A stretch of DNA of 64,000 nucleotides from Chthonomonadales bacterium. Lineage in GTDB: Bacteria; Armatimonadota; Chthonomonadetes; Chthonomonadales; CAJBBX01. This document shows, one piece after another, positions 47,668 through 56,537 of the stretch (positions are counted from its first letter, which is position 1; each line of letters opens with the position of its first letter). The stretch covers positions 1-64,000 of the forward strand of contig JBBIPC010000005.1 of the NCBI GenBank assembly GCA_037443035.1. The letters run 5' to 3'. The notes beneath the pieces were generated by a model, which saw only the letters and a list, made by a program, of their open reading frames with translations, had not been told where the DNA came from and did not search any database. A program made the translations under genes and the position numbers.

Positions 47668-47850
47668 GTCGTTTGTCAACATCTTCGCGCAAGATTCTCC
47701 CAGGAAGATCGCCCGCCACCTTCCGGTACACCCGCACATGCCGACTCCTGGCAGATGTGAGATGTAGACATACGCACCCATCACTACCTCGCACATCTCC
47801 ATGCCGCCACACACGGCGCAACGGGTACCATTCCTGAAGGAGGAAAGAAA

Positions 47851-48357
47851 GTGCCCGATCCTGTTGTGTGGCGTCTGCCACATTCCTACGTCTGCTTCGT
47901 CTGCGGAGAAAGCAATCAGCGCGGCCTCAACGTCCGCTTCTACACCGACGGCCAGCGCGTGTGGACCAATGTCACGCTCAGCGAACCTTACATGGGCTAC
48001 GCAGGTATCTCCCACGCCGGCGTGCTCACCGCCATCCTGGACGAGACCATGGGCTGGGCCACGGCAGTCCGCGCCGGTCGCTTCTGCATGGCTATCGAAC
48101 TGAACATCGAGGTCCGCAAGTCGGTGCCCATTGGGAAAGAAGTCACCGTCACTGGCGAAATGACCGACATCTCCAGGCGGATCTGGGAGGGGCGCGGTGA
48201 AATCCGTGGTTCCGATGGCACTCTCTACGTACGCGGCAGAGGACGTTTCATCCCCATGAGCCGTGAACAAACCGAGGAGGTCATGGACATGCTCGTCTTC
48301 GATGACGACACTATTCCGCGGGACGTCCTCGCCAAAGGTCTCGATCCAGCCTCCTAG
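47851..48357 (+). CDS. PaaI/hotdog-fold thioesterase
   Basis: CFVCGESNQRGL; HAGVLTAILDETMG; AAGGAGG SD. Confidence 0.9.
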   Translation: MPDPVVWRLPHSYVCFVCGESNQRGLNVRFYTDGQRVWTNVTLSEPYMGYAGISHAGVLTAILDETMGWATAVRAGRFCMAIELNIEVRKSVPIGKEVTVTGEMTDISRRIWEGRGEIRGSDGTLYVRGRGRFIPMSREQTEEVMDMLVFDDDTIPRDVLAKGLDPAS

Positions 48358-48371
48358 ACCCGGCATCGTCT

Positions 48372-50591
48372 ATGCAGCCCACCCTCTTCGACAACCTCGA
48401 GCCTCCAGAACCCCGGCGCGAATCGGCAACGGAAGACCTATCGCCGATCCTTTTCGGTTTCGATCCCACCGATCGGATCGTAGCGGCTGAGATCTCCGGA
48501 GAACAGCTCATCCTGTGGCGGCGTCGACCGGATGACACCGTCGAGCGGCTTGTGCGCTCAGTGCCTGCCTGGTTTCTTGTCACGAACCCTTCCGATGCGC
48601 CGCCCGGCTCGGAGATCGAAGAGCTGGAAGGCGGGGAATTCAGGTTCCTCTGTCGCCTGCCGTGGAATGCCTATAGGTCCGCCAGGATGGACCTTCTAGA
48701 CCGCCACGCCGAGCACATCGCCTACTCGGGTCAGATCCGCGCAGCACTGACTATGGCCGGCGCTACCCTGTTCAAAGGCATGAGCATGCGCGATGTGCGG
48801 CGCATGCAAGTGGACATCGAGACGGCCGGGCTGAACGGCGAGCGTCCGGAGGACCGCATTCTCCTCATCGCCGTAGGAGACAATCGAGGTCTGCTGACAT
48901 CCCTAGAGGGGAAGGAGAGGGACATCCTCTGGCAGTTCATCGAACTGGTACGAGAGCGGGATCCCGACATCATCGAGGGGCACAACATCCACGGCTTCGA
49001 CCTCCCCTACATCGCGGCCAGGTGCCGCTTCCACCGTATACCGCCTGTACTTGGTCGAGACGGGGCCGAGTTGGAAGCAGGCGTCAAGCGAACCTATTCT
49101 GTTGGCGGAACGAACCGGCCCATCGTCCCTTGGCAGATCGCCGGTAGGCATGTGGTGGATACCTTCCTGGCCGTACAGCGATTCGACTGGGCAAAGGGGT
49201 CGCTCACCGGATACGGCCTCAAAGAGGTAGCGCGAACGCTCGGCATTGCCGCTGAGGACCGCATCGAGCTGCCGCGCCAGCACATGGCCGAGCTGTACCG
49301 GTCCGACCGCCAGTTGGTCGTGACGTATGCACTGCAAGACATTGTCGAAACCGCTCGTCTGGCCGACCTCGTGACGGCAACGGAGTTCTATCAGACTCAG
49401 ATGATTCCCGACAGCTACAGCTCTTCAGCTCTGAGCGGTGCGGGGGAGAAGATCAACGCTATCTTCCTCCGCGCCTACCTCCATGCAAGGCACGCGGTGC
49501 CCCGGCCGCTTCCCACCCGACCCTACACCGGTGGCTACACGAGCCTACGACGCGCAGGCGTCATCCACCGCATCGTCAAAGCCGATTTCGAGAGCCTGTA
49601 CCCGAGCATCATGCTTGCCAGGCGTATTCATCCACGTACCGATACCCTCGGGGTATTCTTGCCCGCGCTCGAGGAGCTTACGCAAAGACGTCTGGATGCC
49701 AAAGCTCGCGCCAAAGCCGCCGAAGGCCAGGAGGCGCGCTACTGGGATGGCCTCCAGGGCTCGTTCAAGGTCCTGATCAACTCGTTCTACGGCTATCTGG
49801 GTGCTCCGGGGTTCAACTTCAACGATCCAGAAGCCGCAGCCGAGGTGACACGGATTGGCCGGGAGCTTGTCCAAGAAGTTTCCGACCGCATCGAACGTGC
49901 AGGCGGGTCTGTCATCGAAATAGACACAGACGGCGTGTACTTCGTGCCACCGACGGATGTCACGGGCGAAGAGGCGGAACGGCGCTTTGTCAGCGAGATC
50001 GGCAAGGGCTTGCCCGAGGGCATCCGCCTTGCCTTCGATGGTCGCTACCAGACCATGGTATCGGTGAAGACGAAGAACTACGTACTCCTGGACTACGAAG
50101 GGGAGCGCACTTTCAAGGGCGCCTCTCTGCGGTCGCGAGCTGACGAACCCTACGGACGCGAGTTCCTTGCCCAGGCCGTGGATTGTCTCATGGCCGGCGA
50201 GACCGAGCGTTTGCGACAACTCTACCTCAGCACCGTGAAGGCCCTTCAGGAGCACCGAATACCCGTCGAGAAGCTCGCGCGGAGAGAGAGAATCACCGAG
50301 AAGGTGTTCAGCAGTACGGCGCGAGAGAGACTGGCGCCACTCGCTCAGGGCATGTCTGTGGGAGATTACATCACCGTCTACGAGCGCGCCGATGGAACGC
50401 TCGGACGGCTAGAGGACTACCAGCCAGGGGATGAGAGTGTATCCTATTACCTTGACAAGCTCTACAAGTTCGCTGCCAGGCTTCAAGACGTCATCGGACC
50501 CAGATTCGACGAGCTGTTCCCACGACCGCGCAATGGGAATGTCGTGATCAGTAGCGCCTTGGACCTCTTCGGCGACGCCGACGGACCGTAG
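48372..50591 (+). CDS. polB: Family B DNA polymerase (Pol II-like) with a 3'-5' exonuclease
   Basis: ExoI DIET, ExoII HNIHGFD, ExoIII YALQD; polymerase motifs DFESLYPS, KVLINSFYG, DTDG. Confidence 0.92.
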   Translation: MQPTLFDNLEPPEPRRESATEDLSPILFGFDPTDRIVAAEISGEQLILWRRRPDDTVERLVRSVPAWFLVTNPSDAPPGSEIEELEGGEFRFLCRLPWNAYRSARMDLLDRHAEHIAYSGQIRAALTMAGATLFKGMSMRDVRRMQVDIETAGLNGERPEDRILLIAVGDNRGLLTSLEGKERDILWQFIELVRERDPDIIEGHNIHGFDLPYIAARCRFHRIPPVLGRDGAELEAGVKRTYSVGGTNRPIVPWQIAGRHVVDTFLAVQRFDWAKGSLTGYGLKEVARTLGIAAEDRIELPRQHMAELYRSDRQLVVTYALQDIVETARLADLVTATEFYQTQMIPDSYSSSALSGAGEKINAIFLRAYLHARHAVPRPLPTRPYTGGYTSLRRAGVIHRIVKADFESLYPSIMLARRIHPRTDTLGVFLPALEELTQRRLDAKARAKAAEGQEARYWDGLQGSFKVLINSFYGYLGAPGFNFNDPEAAAEVTRIGRELVQEVSDRIERAGGSVIEIDTDGVYFVPPTDVTGEEAERRFVSEIGKGLPEGIRLAFDGRYQTMVSVKTKNYVLLDYEGERTFKGASLRSRADEPYGREFLAQAVDCLMAGETERLRQLYLSTVKALQEHRIPVEKLARRERITEKVFSSTARERLAPLAQGMSVGDYITVYERADGTLGRLEDYQPGDESVSYYLDKLYKFAARLQDVIGPRFDELFPRPRNGNVVISSALDLFGDADGP

Positions 50592-50612
50592 CGGTCCGCC
50601 GACGACCCTGGC

Positions 50613-51047
50613 TTATTTCTTGGCTTTCTGCTCAGCCTCGCTCATGAGCTTCAGCATGTCTTTGGGTTGGTGATAGCCCTCGGACCTCAGGATCTCCTTG
50701 CCGCGTGAGTCGTAGAAGACCACCGTCGGCACCGCCTCGATGCGTGCAGCGTCAGCGTCCTTCCGCTGCTTGTCAATGTCCACCAGAACAGGGACGAAGC
50801 GCTTGGAGCGCTCCACGACGTCCTTGTTCTTGTACGTCGTGGCGAACATGGCCCGACACGGTGGGCACCAGTCGGCGTAGTAATCCACCATCATGGGCTT
50901 CTTCAGTTTCGCGGCTTGCTTCTTGGCCTTGGCCATGGATGCTATCCAGCGGATGTTTCCATGGTCCTTCTTCTGCGCCGCGGCCGGAGCCACGGCGAGC
51001 ACGAACGGGAGCGCCATAGCCAGTGCCATCATGTGAAATCGTGACAT
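50613..51047 (-). CDS. Exported thioredoxin-fold protein
   Basis: Signal peptide; DYYADWCPPC; cis-Pro VPTVVF. Confidence 0.88.
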   Translation of the reverse strand: MSRFHMMALAMALPFVLAVAPAAAQKKDHGNIRWIASMAKAKKQAAKLKKPMMVDYYADWCPPCRAMFATTYKNKDVVERSKRFVPVLVDIDKQRKDADAARIEAVPTVVFYDSRGKEILRSEGYHQPKDMLKLMSEAEQKAKK

Positions 51048-51062
51048 GCGTTCTTGTCTCCA

Positions 51063-51102
51063 TGCGCGGGGCAAGGATCGCCACACCCTCCTGCCCCGCG
51101 CA
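51063..51102. terminator. GC-rich stem-loop between co-oriented redox genes
   Basis: TGCGCGGGGCA...TGCCCCGCGCA 11-bp stem. Confidence 0.5.
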
Positions 51103-51123
51103 GTCTCGATCGTCTAGGCGGAA

Positions 51124-51708
51124 CTAGATTACCTTCGAAACAGCCTCCCGCAGCGCTGCCAGTCCCTTCTCGTCCGCCTTCAGGTTGACGAACTTCGAGT
51201 CGACCGTACGCTCCTTGTATACGAAGACCGTGTTGCGGACCGACGGGTCCACGTTGATACCATACCCCTTGATAGCCGGATGATCGGGACCGGGGAGGTA
51301 GACTAGCGAGACCTGCTCGAGCTTCAGCTTGTTGCCCAGGTTCTGGAGCCTTGCCGAGATGCGGTCGGCAGACTCGCGGTCGGGGTTCAGATAGACGATG
51401 AACGCCTTGAACTTGGCGCTGGCATTCGCCCTGGCGATCTTCTCGAGTTCACTCGCCAGAGCTGCAACATTCTTCTCATCGTCGTTGTTGATCCAGACCT
51501 GCACGGCCGGGTTGCGAGGATACTTGCATACCGGGCAGGTGGAAGTGCCCTTGTCAGGTCCCGTCACATGCGAGGGATTGTAGGCGGGAAGTGCCGCGCC
51601 CTTTCCCACTCCGGATGTCGGCGCCTTGGGTCCGGCCAGGGCTATGGCGGCCAGTGTTAGCGATCCCAACAGCGCCAGGATAGTGGTATTCGCTTTGCCT
51701 TGGTACAT
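51124..51708 (-). CDS. Exported redoxin-like protein with a CPVC motif
   Basis: AGGAGA SD before ATG at 51708; signal peptide; VTGPDKGTSTCPVCKY; beta-alpha-beta pattern. Confidence 0.7.
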   Translation of the reverse strand: MYQGKANTTILALLGSLTLAAIALAGPKAPTSGVGKGAALPAYNPSHVTGPDKGTSTCPVCKYPRNPAVQVWINNDDEKNVAALASELEKIARANASAKFKAFIVYLNPDRESADRISARLQNLGNKLKLEQVSLVYLPGPDHPAIKGYGINVDPSVRNTVFVYKERTVDSKFVNLKADEKGLAALREAVSKVI

Positions 51709-51951
51709 CTCATGTCTCCTGTTGAGCATGATCTCGGAGCGTGTCTTTCCGGCCCCGAAGTGATATTTAGTACCGCTAAGTCTCCCCGTTGAGTTCCAGG
51801 CCGTCCAGTCGTTGCTGTCGGGAGGAGCGCAGTACACTTCCATCGAATAGGTGCAGCAACCGGATTCCACGAGAACGCTACGGCGAAGGGGTGGTCAAGT
51901 CGCATTGCGAGGGCCGAGCGTTTACGAACGTAAGGAGACATCAGAACGGAC

Positions 51952-52290
51952 ATGGCAACAGCACCGGCGGACTGCGCCAACTACGCCATCAACCAGCAAA
52001 TGTGTCCATGCACCAACGAGACCTGCGCCAACCACGGCATCTGCTGTGAGTGTCTGAGGAACCATGTGAACTACGGTGTGCCGACGGCGTGTATGAACGG
52101 CTTCGAGCGGCCTACAAGCACCCTCCAACTGACAGGTGCGAGCACTTGCCCCACGAATGCCTCCCGGAACACCGAGTGGTGTCCGTGCAGCAGCACAAGC
52201 TGCCCTCGGAAGGGTGTCTGCTGCAACTGTATCCGCAACCACTGGACGGCCGACGGTACCGGCCGCGTAGCTTGTATGAAAGGACTGTAA
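51952..52290 (+). CDS. Small Cys-rich protein with two DUF6485-like repeats
   Basis: Two copies of C-x9/10-CPC-x4-C-x3-G-x-CC-x-C-x-RNH...ACM; 16 Cys in 112 aa; AAGGAG SD. Confidence 0.8.
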   Translation: MATAPADCANYAINQQMCPCTNETCANHGICCECLRNHVNYGVPTACMNGFERPTSTLQLTGASTCPTNASRNTEWCPCSSTSCPRKGVCCNCIRNHWTADGTGRVACMKGL

Positions 52291-52291
52291 G

Positions 52292-54037
52292 ATGCACCGC
52301 TTGCTGAGGACTTGTATATCGGTGGTCTCCGTATTCTCTCTCCTCGCCACCGTCGCAGCCGGCGCAGAAACCCCGGCGCAGTTCGCCCAGCGAACCAAGT
52401 GGTGGCGTGAGGCGAAGTTCGGCATGTTCATCCACTGGGGTGTCTATGCCGTGCCAGCCAGCGCCAAGGGTGGCGCTGAATGGTACCTGCATGGCACACG
52501 CATGCAAGTAGCCGACTACGAGAAGTTCGCGCCGCAGTTCAATCCTGTGCGATTCGACGCCGCCACGTGGGTCCGTACAGCCAAGCAGGCCGGGATGAAG
52601 TACATCGTCATCACCAGTAAGCATCACGACGGGTTCTGTATGTTCGATACCAAGCTCACCGACTGGTGCATCACAAAGGCAACGCCCTTCAAGAGGGATC
52701 CGCTCAAGGAGCTAGCCATCGAATGCCGCAAGCAGGGTGTTCGGCTGTGCTTCTACCACTCCATCATGGACTGGCACCACCCCGACTACCTACCCAGACG
52801 TCAGTGGGATGTACGGCCGACGGCCGGCGCCTCGCTCGATCGCTATATCGAGTACATGAAGGGGCAGCTTCGGGAACTCCTCACCAATTACGGCCCCATC
52901 GGCGTCCTATGGTTCGATGGTGGGTGGGAGCACAATGCTAAGGAGCTCCACTCGGCAGAAGTCAACGCCATGATCCGCTCCCTGCAACCCCAGATCCTTA
53001 TCAATGACCGGAACCAACTGCCGGAGGACTTCTCCACGCCAGAGCAGACAATCCCTGCAGGGGCATTGCCGAACAACAGGCTCTGGGAGACCTGTATGAC
53101 GATCAACGATACCTGGGGCTACACACGAGACAACACCAACTGGAAATCCACAGAAGACCTGATCCACAAGCTCTGCGACATCGCGCACAAAGGTGGGAAC
53201 TTCCTCCTGAACGTTGGACCCACTGAACTGGGCGAGTTTCCTCAGCCGATTGTCGAGCGTCTCCAGGGCATGGGACAATGGCTGGACAAGAATGGCGCGG
53301 CCATCTACGGCACGACGCGCAGCCCCTGGCGCACGATGCCCTTCGAGGGGCGTTGCACCGTCAAGGGTAACCGGCTGTACATCCATGTCTTTCGCTGGCC
53401 AGAGGACGGTCTCAGGGTCTTGGGCTTGCGCACTCCGGTTCGCGCCGCCCGTGTACTCGCTACGGGTGAGAGGCTGAAGTTCGCCATCACGAAGGCGGAA
53501 GACCTGCCTTCCGTAGCCATCGAGCGTCCATCGCAGCTCGATCCTATTGCAACGGTCATCGAGCTGCAGCTAGCTGGCAAGCCCGTCACCGAGGATCCGA
53601 CAACGGTGATCAAGGCCGATGCCGATGGAAACCTCCGTCTCCACGCCTCCAAAGCCGTCATCCATGGTTCTGCACAATACGAGACGGGCAACGGACACGA
53701 CAACATCGGTTTCTGGACCAACCCCTCGGACTTCGTGACGTGGCAGGTGCAGATTGCGCGAGAGGCCGATTACGAAGTAGCGGTCACCTACGCTTGCCAG
53801 CCAGGATCGGAGGGCTCCACCTACACGGTCGTGCTAGACAGGCAGGCACCCGACGGCAAGGTCAGCGGCACGGTGGAAGCCACAGCGTCATGGACGGACT
53901 TTCGAACCGTGAAGCTTGGCACAATCCATGCCGTCAGACCAGGTCGGTACACTGTCACCGTACGGCCTTCCTCCATGCCACGCGGCGCGGTCATGAACCT
54001 CAAAGAAGTTCTCCTCCAGCCCAAACTCGGACCATAG
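52292..54037 (+). CDS. Secreted alpha-L-fucosidase (GH29) with a C-terminal carbohydrate-binding-like domain
   Basis: AKFGMFIHWG, TSKHHDGF, LWFDG, WETCMT and GGNFLLNVGP motifs. Confidence 0.93.
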   Translation: MHRLLRTCISVVSVFSLLATVAAGAETPAQFAQRTKWWREAKFGMFIHWGVYAVPASAKGGAEWYLHGTRMQVADYEKFAPQFNPVRFDAATWVRTAKQAGMKYIVITSKHHDGFCMFDTKLTDWCITKATPFKRDPLKELAIECRKQGVRLCFYHSIMDWHHPDYLPRRQWDVRPTAGASLDRYIEYMKGQLRELLTNYGPIGVLWFDGGWEHNAKELHSAEVNAMIRSLQPQILINDRNQLPEDFSTPEQTIPAGALPNNRLWETCMTINDTWGYTRDNTNWKSTEDLIHKLCDIAHKGGNFLLNVGPTELGEFPQPIVERLQGMGQWLDKNGAAIYGTTRSPWRTMPFEGRCTVKGNRLYIHVFRWPEDGLRVLGLRTPVRAARVLATGERLKFAITKAEDLPSVAIERPSQLDPIATVIELQLAGKPVTEDPTTVIKADADGNLRLHASKAVIHGSAQYETGNGHDNIGFWTNPSDFVTWQVQIAREADYEVAVTYACQPGSEGSTYTVVLDRQAPDGKVSGTVEATASWTDFRTVKLGTIHAVRPGRYTVTVRPSSMPRGAVMNLKEVLLQPKLGP

Positions 54038-54132
54038 GCAGCAGACCGACAAAGGGAACTACATGCCCGTCATGCTGGTAATAGGAAGAGATAGCGTTAT
54101 CCTTCACAAGGTACACGGAGAGGAGTCCAGCG

Positions 54133-54870
54133 ATGAGTGACGAGACATGCAAGTGCGAGTGCGAATGCAAGTGCGCAGATTGCGACGGTAACAAGCTACC
54201 CCTGATCGGGGACGACGCCCCGGCATTTCACGCAGAGACGACCAACGGACCCATCAACTTCCCTGACGACTACAAAGGCAAATGGGTGATCCTGTTCAGC
54301 CACCCTGCCGACTTCACCCCAGTATGCACCACAGAGTTTGTCGCTTTCGCTCGGATCCAGGAGGACCTGCGGAAGCTGAACTGCGAACTCGTCGGACTCT
54401 CCATTGACAGCAACTACAGCCACATCGCCTGGCTTCGGACGATCAAAGAGAGAATCGAGTTCAAGGGCCAGAAGGGCGTGGGAATCACATTCCCCGTCAT
54501 CGCCGATGTCAAGCAAGAGGTAGCGAAGCTCTACGGGATGCTGCAACCCGGAGCGAGCACCACTCAGGCTGTGCGGGCGGTCTTCTTCATCGATCCCAAC
54601 AGCAAGGTCCGTGCCCTCATGTACTACCCGCTGAGTAACGGCCGGAACTTCGACGAGATCCTGAGGCTGCTCATCGCCCTACAGACCAGCGATGCCCATG
54701 GTTGCGCCACGCCTGCGGACTGGCGCCCTGGCGATGATGTCATCATCCCGCCTCCGGGTACGACTGCTGCCGCCAATGAGCGAGTGGCGAACGCCGGCGG
54801 CGATTACACCTGCCACGACTGGTTCTTCTCGCTGCGGCCTCTCCCGAAGGACAAGCTGACTCTGCCGTAG
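54133..54870 (+). CDS. Peroxiredoxin (Prx6/archaeal-type) with an N-terminal Cys-rich extension
   Basis: FSHPADFTPVCTTEF, GRNFDEI, TPADW, CHDWF. Confidence 0.93.
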   Translation: MSDETCKCECECKCADCDGNKLPLIGDDAPAFHAETTNGPINFPDDYKGKWVILFSHPADFTPVCTTEFVAFARIQEDLRKLNCELVGLSIDSNYSHIAWLRTIKERIEFKGQKGVGITFPVIADVKQEVAKLYGMLQPGASTTQAVRAVFFIDPNSKVRALMYYPLSNGRNFDEILRLLIALQTSDAHGCATPADWRPGDDVIIPPPGTTAAANERVANAGGDYTCHDWFFSLRPLPKDKLTLP

Positions 54871-54894
54871 TTCTCGGGTCTACGTGTGTCGTCT

Positions 54895-54924
54895 GTGCCC
54901 GTGCCTCCATGAAGGCACGGGCAC
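54895..54924. terminator. Stem-loop between convergent genes
   Basis: GTGCCCGTGCCT-CCATGA-AGGCACGGGCAC 12-bp perfect stem. Confidence 0.65.
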
Positions 54925-54951
54925 GGTCTGTCCACAACCTGGCCGTTTCGG

Positions 54952-56388
54952 CTACCCGTGGAAGACATATAGTTCCACATCGAAACCTCTAATGCCGTCC
55001 CTGAGGGCCCTGCCTCGCACCGTGTGATCCCCTGCTGAATGCTCTCTGGACCGCAGGGGCTGTCCTTCCAGAGGCGCCGGCAACCCGTTGATGGTGAACG
55101 CCACACCGTAGGGATTCTCGTTGACCACGATGATCAAGTAGTCGCTACCAGCCTTCTTCACAACAACGCGAACGCCGGTCCCATCGTTGGATGCATAGTG
55201 CTCCTCCACCCGAACGGTGGGTGCGGGACTGTAGTCTGGTTCGACGATGAACCGCTCGTACGACCGTACCTCGGCCGTGACTTGCAGCAGCTCCAGCCAG
55301 AACTTCCGGCTCTCGGCACTCTCCGGGTCCTTGAGGTAAGCCGTACCCCAGTAGAGGATGGCGTTGGCACCATGGACAATGGCGTCCCAGGCCATGAACC
55401 GCTGCTCCTGCAGATTGGGGCGGCGCCCGAACCCTGCCTTCGCTCTCGTTTCGTCAGGATGATCTTCGAGATCTCGCCAGCCGAACCCCTGCAGCACCAT
55501 GGCGCAGGCTTTGCCAGGCGCACCCTCGCGCATCCTGTCGGTGTAATCGCCGACGCTGCTGGGTCGCATGTTCACTAGATCACTGTGACCCGTGGCGAGG
55601 TTGTACGGGATCGGATAGATGTCGCAGCCAGCCATATCCACCGCCCGATTGTGCTGCCGCATGGCGCGAATGCTGTTGCGAGGGGCATGATTCAGCCAGA
55701 TGAAATGCTTGGGATCGAGTTGGCGCAGGAATCGAGCGCCAGCAGCGAAGCCGTCTCCCATCCTGGCAGCTCGCGCTTCGGCAGCGTCCATGCGTGCGTT
55801 CGCGTAGGGGCAGGGCTTACCTGCGCGGCGCCAGAAATCGGCCCTCAGCGCTTCCCATTGCTTCCAGAGCGCGCGGTCATAGGCATCCCGGGCAGCGGCC
55901 AGGACCGGACGTAGCGCCGGATCGCGTTGCGCCTCGGTGGCCATGTCAACGAACTCCGCTTCGATCTGTTGCATCGTGCCGTACCAGCAATTCCAGAGCG
56001 CTTCGTCGGGTCCCTCCCAAATGAGCAGGCCTGGATGGTCGCCGAAGTTGCGCACCATCTCAGCGAGAGCCGTCTTGCGCTTCTCCGCCTCCTCGCTCAG
56101 GTCGAGGGCGTAGCCCGTATTCAGCCAGCCCCACGCACCGAACCGCTGCACACGATCCAGCGCGTCTCTGTCCGCCGGACAATGGATTAGATCGATGCCG
56201 GCCTCCACTGCCTCCTTCAGCTTCGTGTCGGACTTCGGATGCTCGTAGAGACCTATGAGGAAACGGGGCCTGCCGTTGACAATGAGCATGCGGTTCAGCG
56301 ACAGACGCGCCTCGGGCGGCCCCGACATTGCTGGCAAGGCGAGGAACGCCCCCGCCACGATAGCCGCAAGGATGATGCAGCAGTTCAT
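54952..56388 (-). CDS. Secreted hypothetical protein, possibly a glycoside hydrolase-like TIM barrel
   Basis: AAGGAG SD; signal peptide; WEGPDEA, DMAGCDIYP, MVLQGFGW and RFMAWDAIVHGA motifs. Confidence 0.65.
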   Translation of the reverse strand: MNCCIILAAIVAGAFLALPAMSGPPEARLSLNRMLIVNGRPRFLIGLYEHPKSDTKLKEAVEAGIDLIHCPADRDALDRVQRFGAWGWLNTGYALDLSEEAEKRKTALAEMVRNFGDHPGLLIWEGPDEALWNCWYGTMQQIEAEFVDMATEAQRDPALRPVLAAARDAYDRALWKQWEALRADFWRRAGKPCPYANARMDAAEARAARMGDGFAAGARFLRQLDPKHFIWLNHAPRNSIRAMRQHNRAVDMAGCDIYPIPYNLATGHSDLVNMRPSSVGDYTDRMREGAPGKACAMVLQGFGWRDLEDHPDETRAKAGFGRRPNLQEQRFMAWDAIVHGANAILYWGTAYLKDPESAESRKFWLELLQVTAEVRSYERFIVEPDYSPAPTVRVEEHYASNDGTGVRVVVKKAGSDYLIIVVNENPYGVAFTINGLPAPLEGQPLRSREHSAGDHTVRGRALRDGIRGFDVELYVFHG

Positions 56389-56537
56389 TGGATGCTCCTT
56401 CCGAAGGTCTCGTGTCCGGCGTTCGCCGAACGAGAGCGGATTCCCTGCACTCGGCAACGCGGCATTCCGTGAAGAGCGTAGAGGTATGATAAGCGCACGG
56501 AGCCGACGCACCTCTGCGGCTCTGGAGGAGAGACGAT

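Noticed and set aside
48372..50591. PolB as a marker of a prophage, casposon or pipolin
   Set aside because: No integrase, cas1, capsid or terminal repeats nearby. Composition matches the flanking genes and the motifs are those of cellular Pol II-like enzymes.
51767..51779. TTAGTACCGCTAA palindrome as a LacI-type operator
   Set aside because: Only 4-bp arms, a single occurrence, and no cognate regulator in the window.
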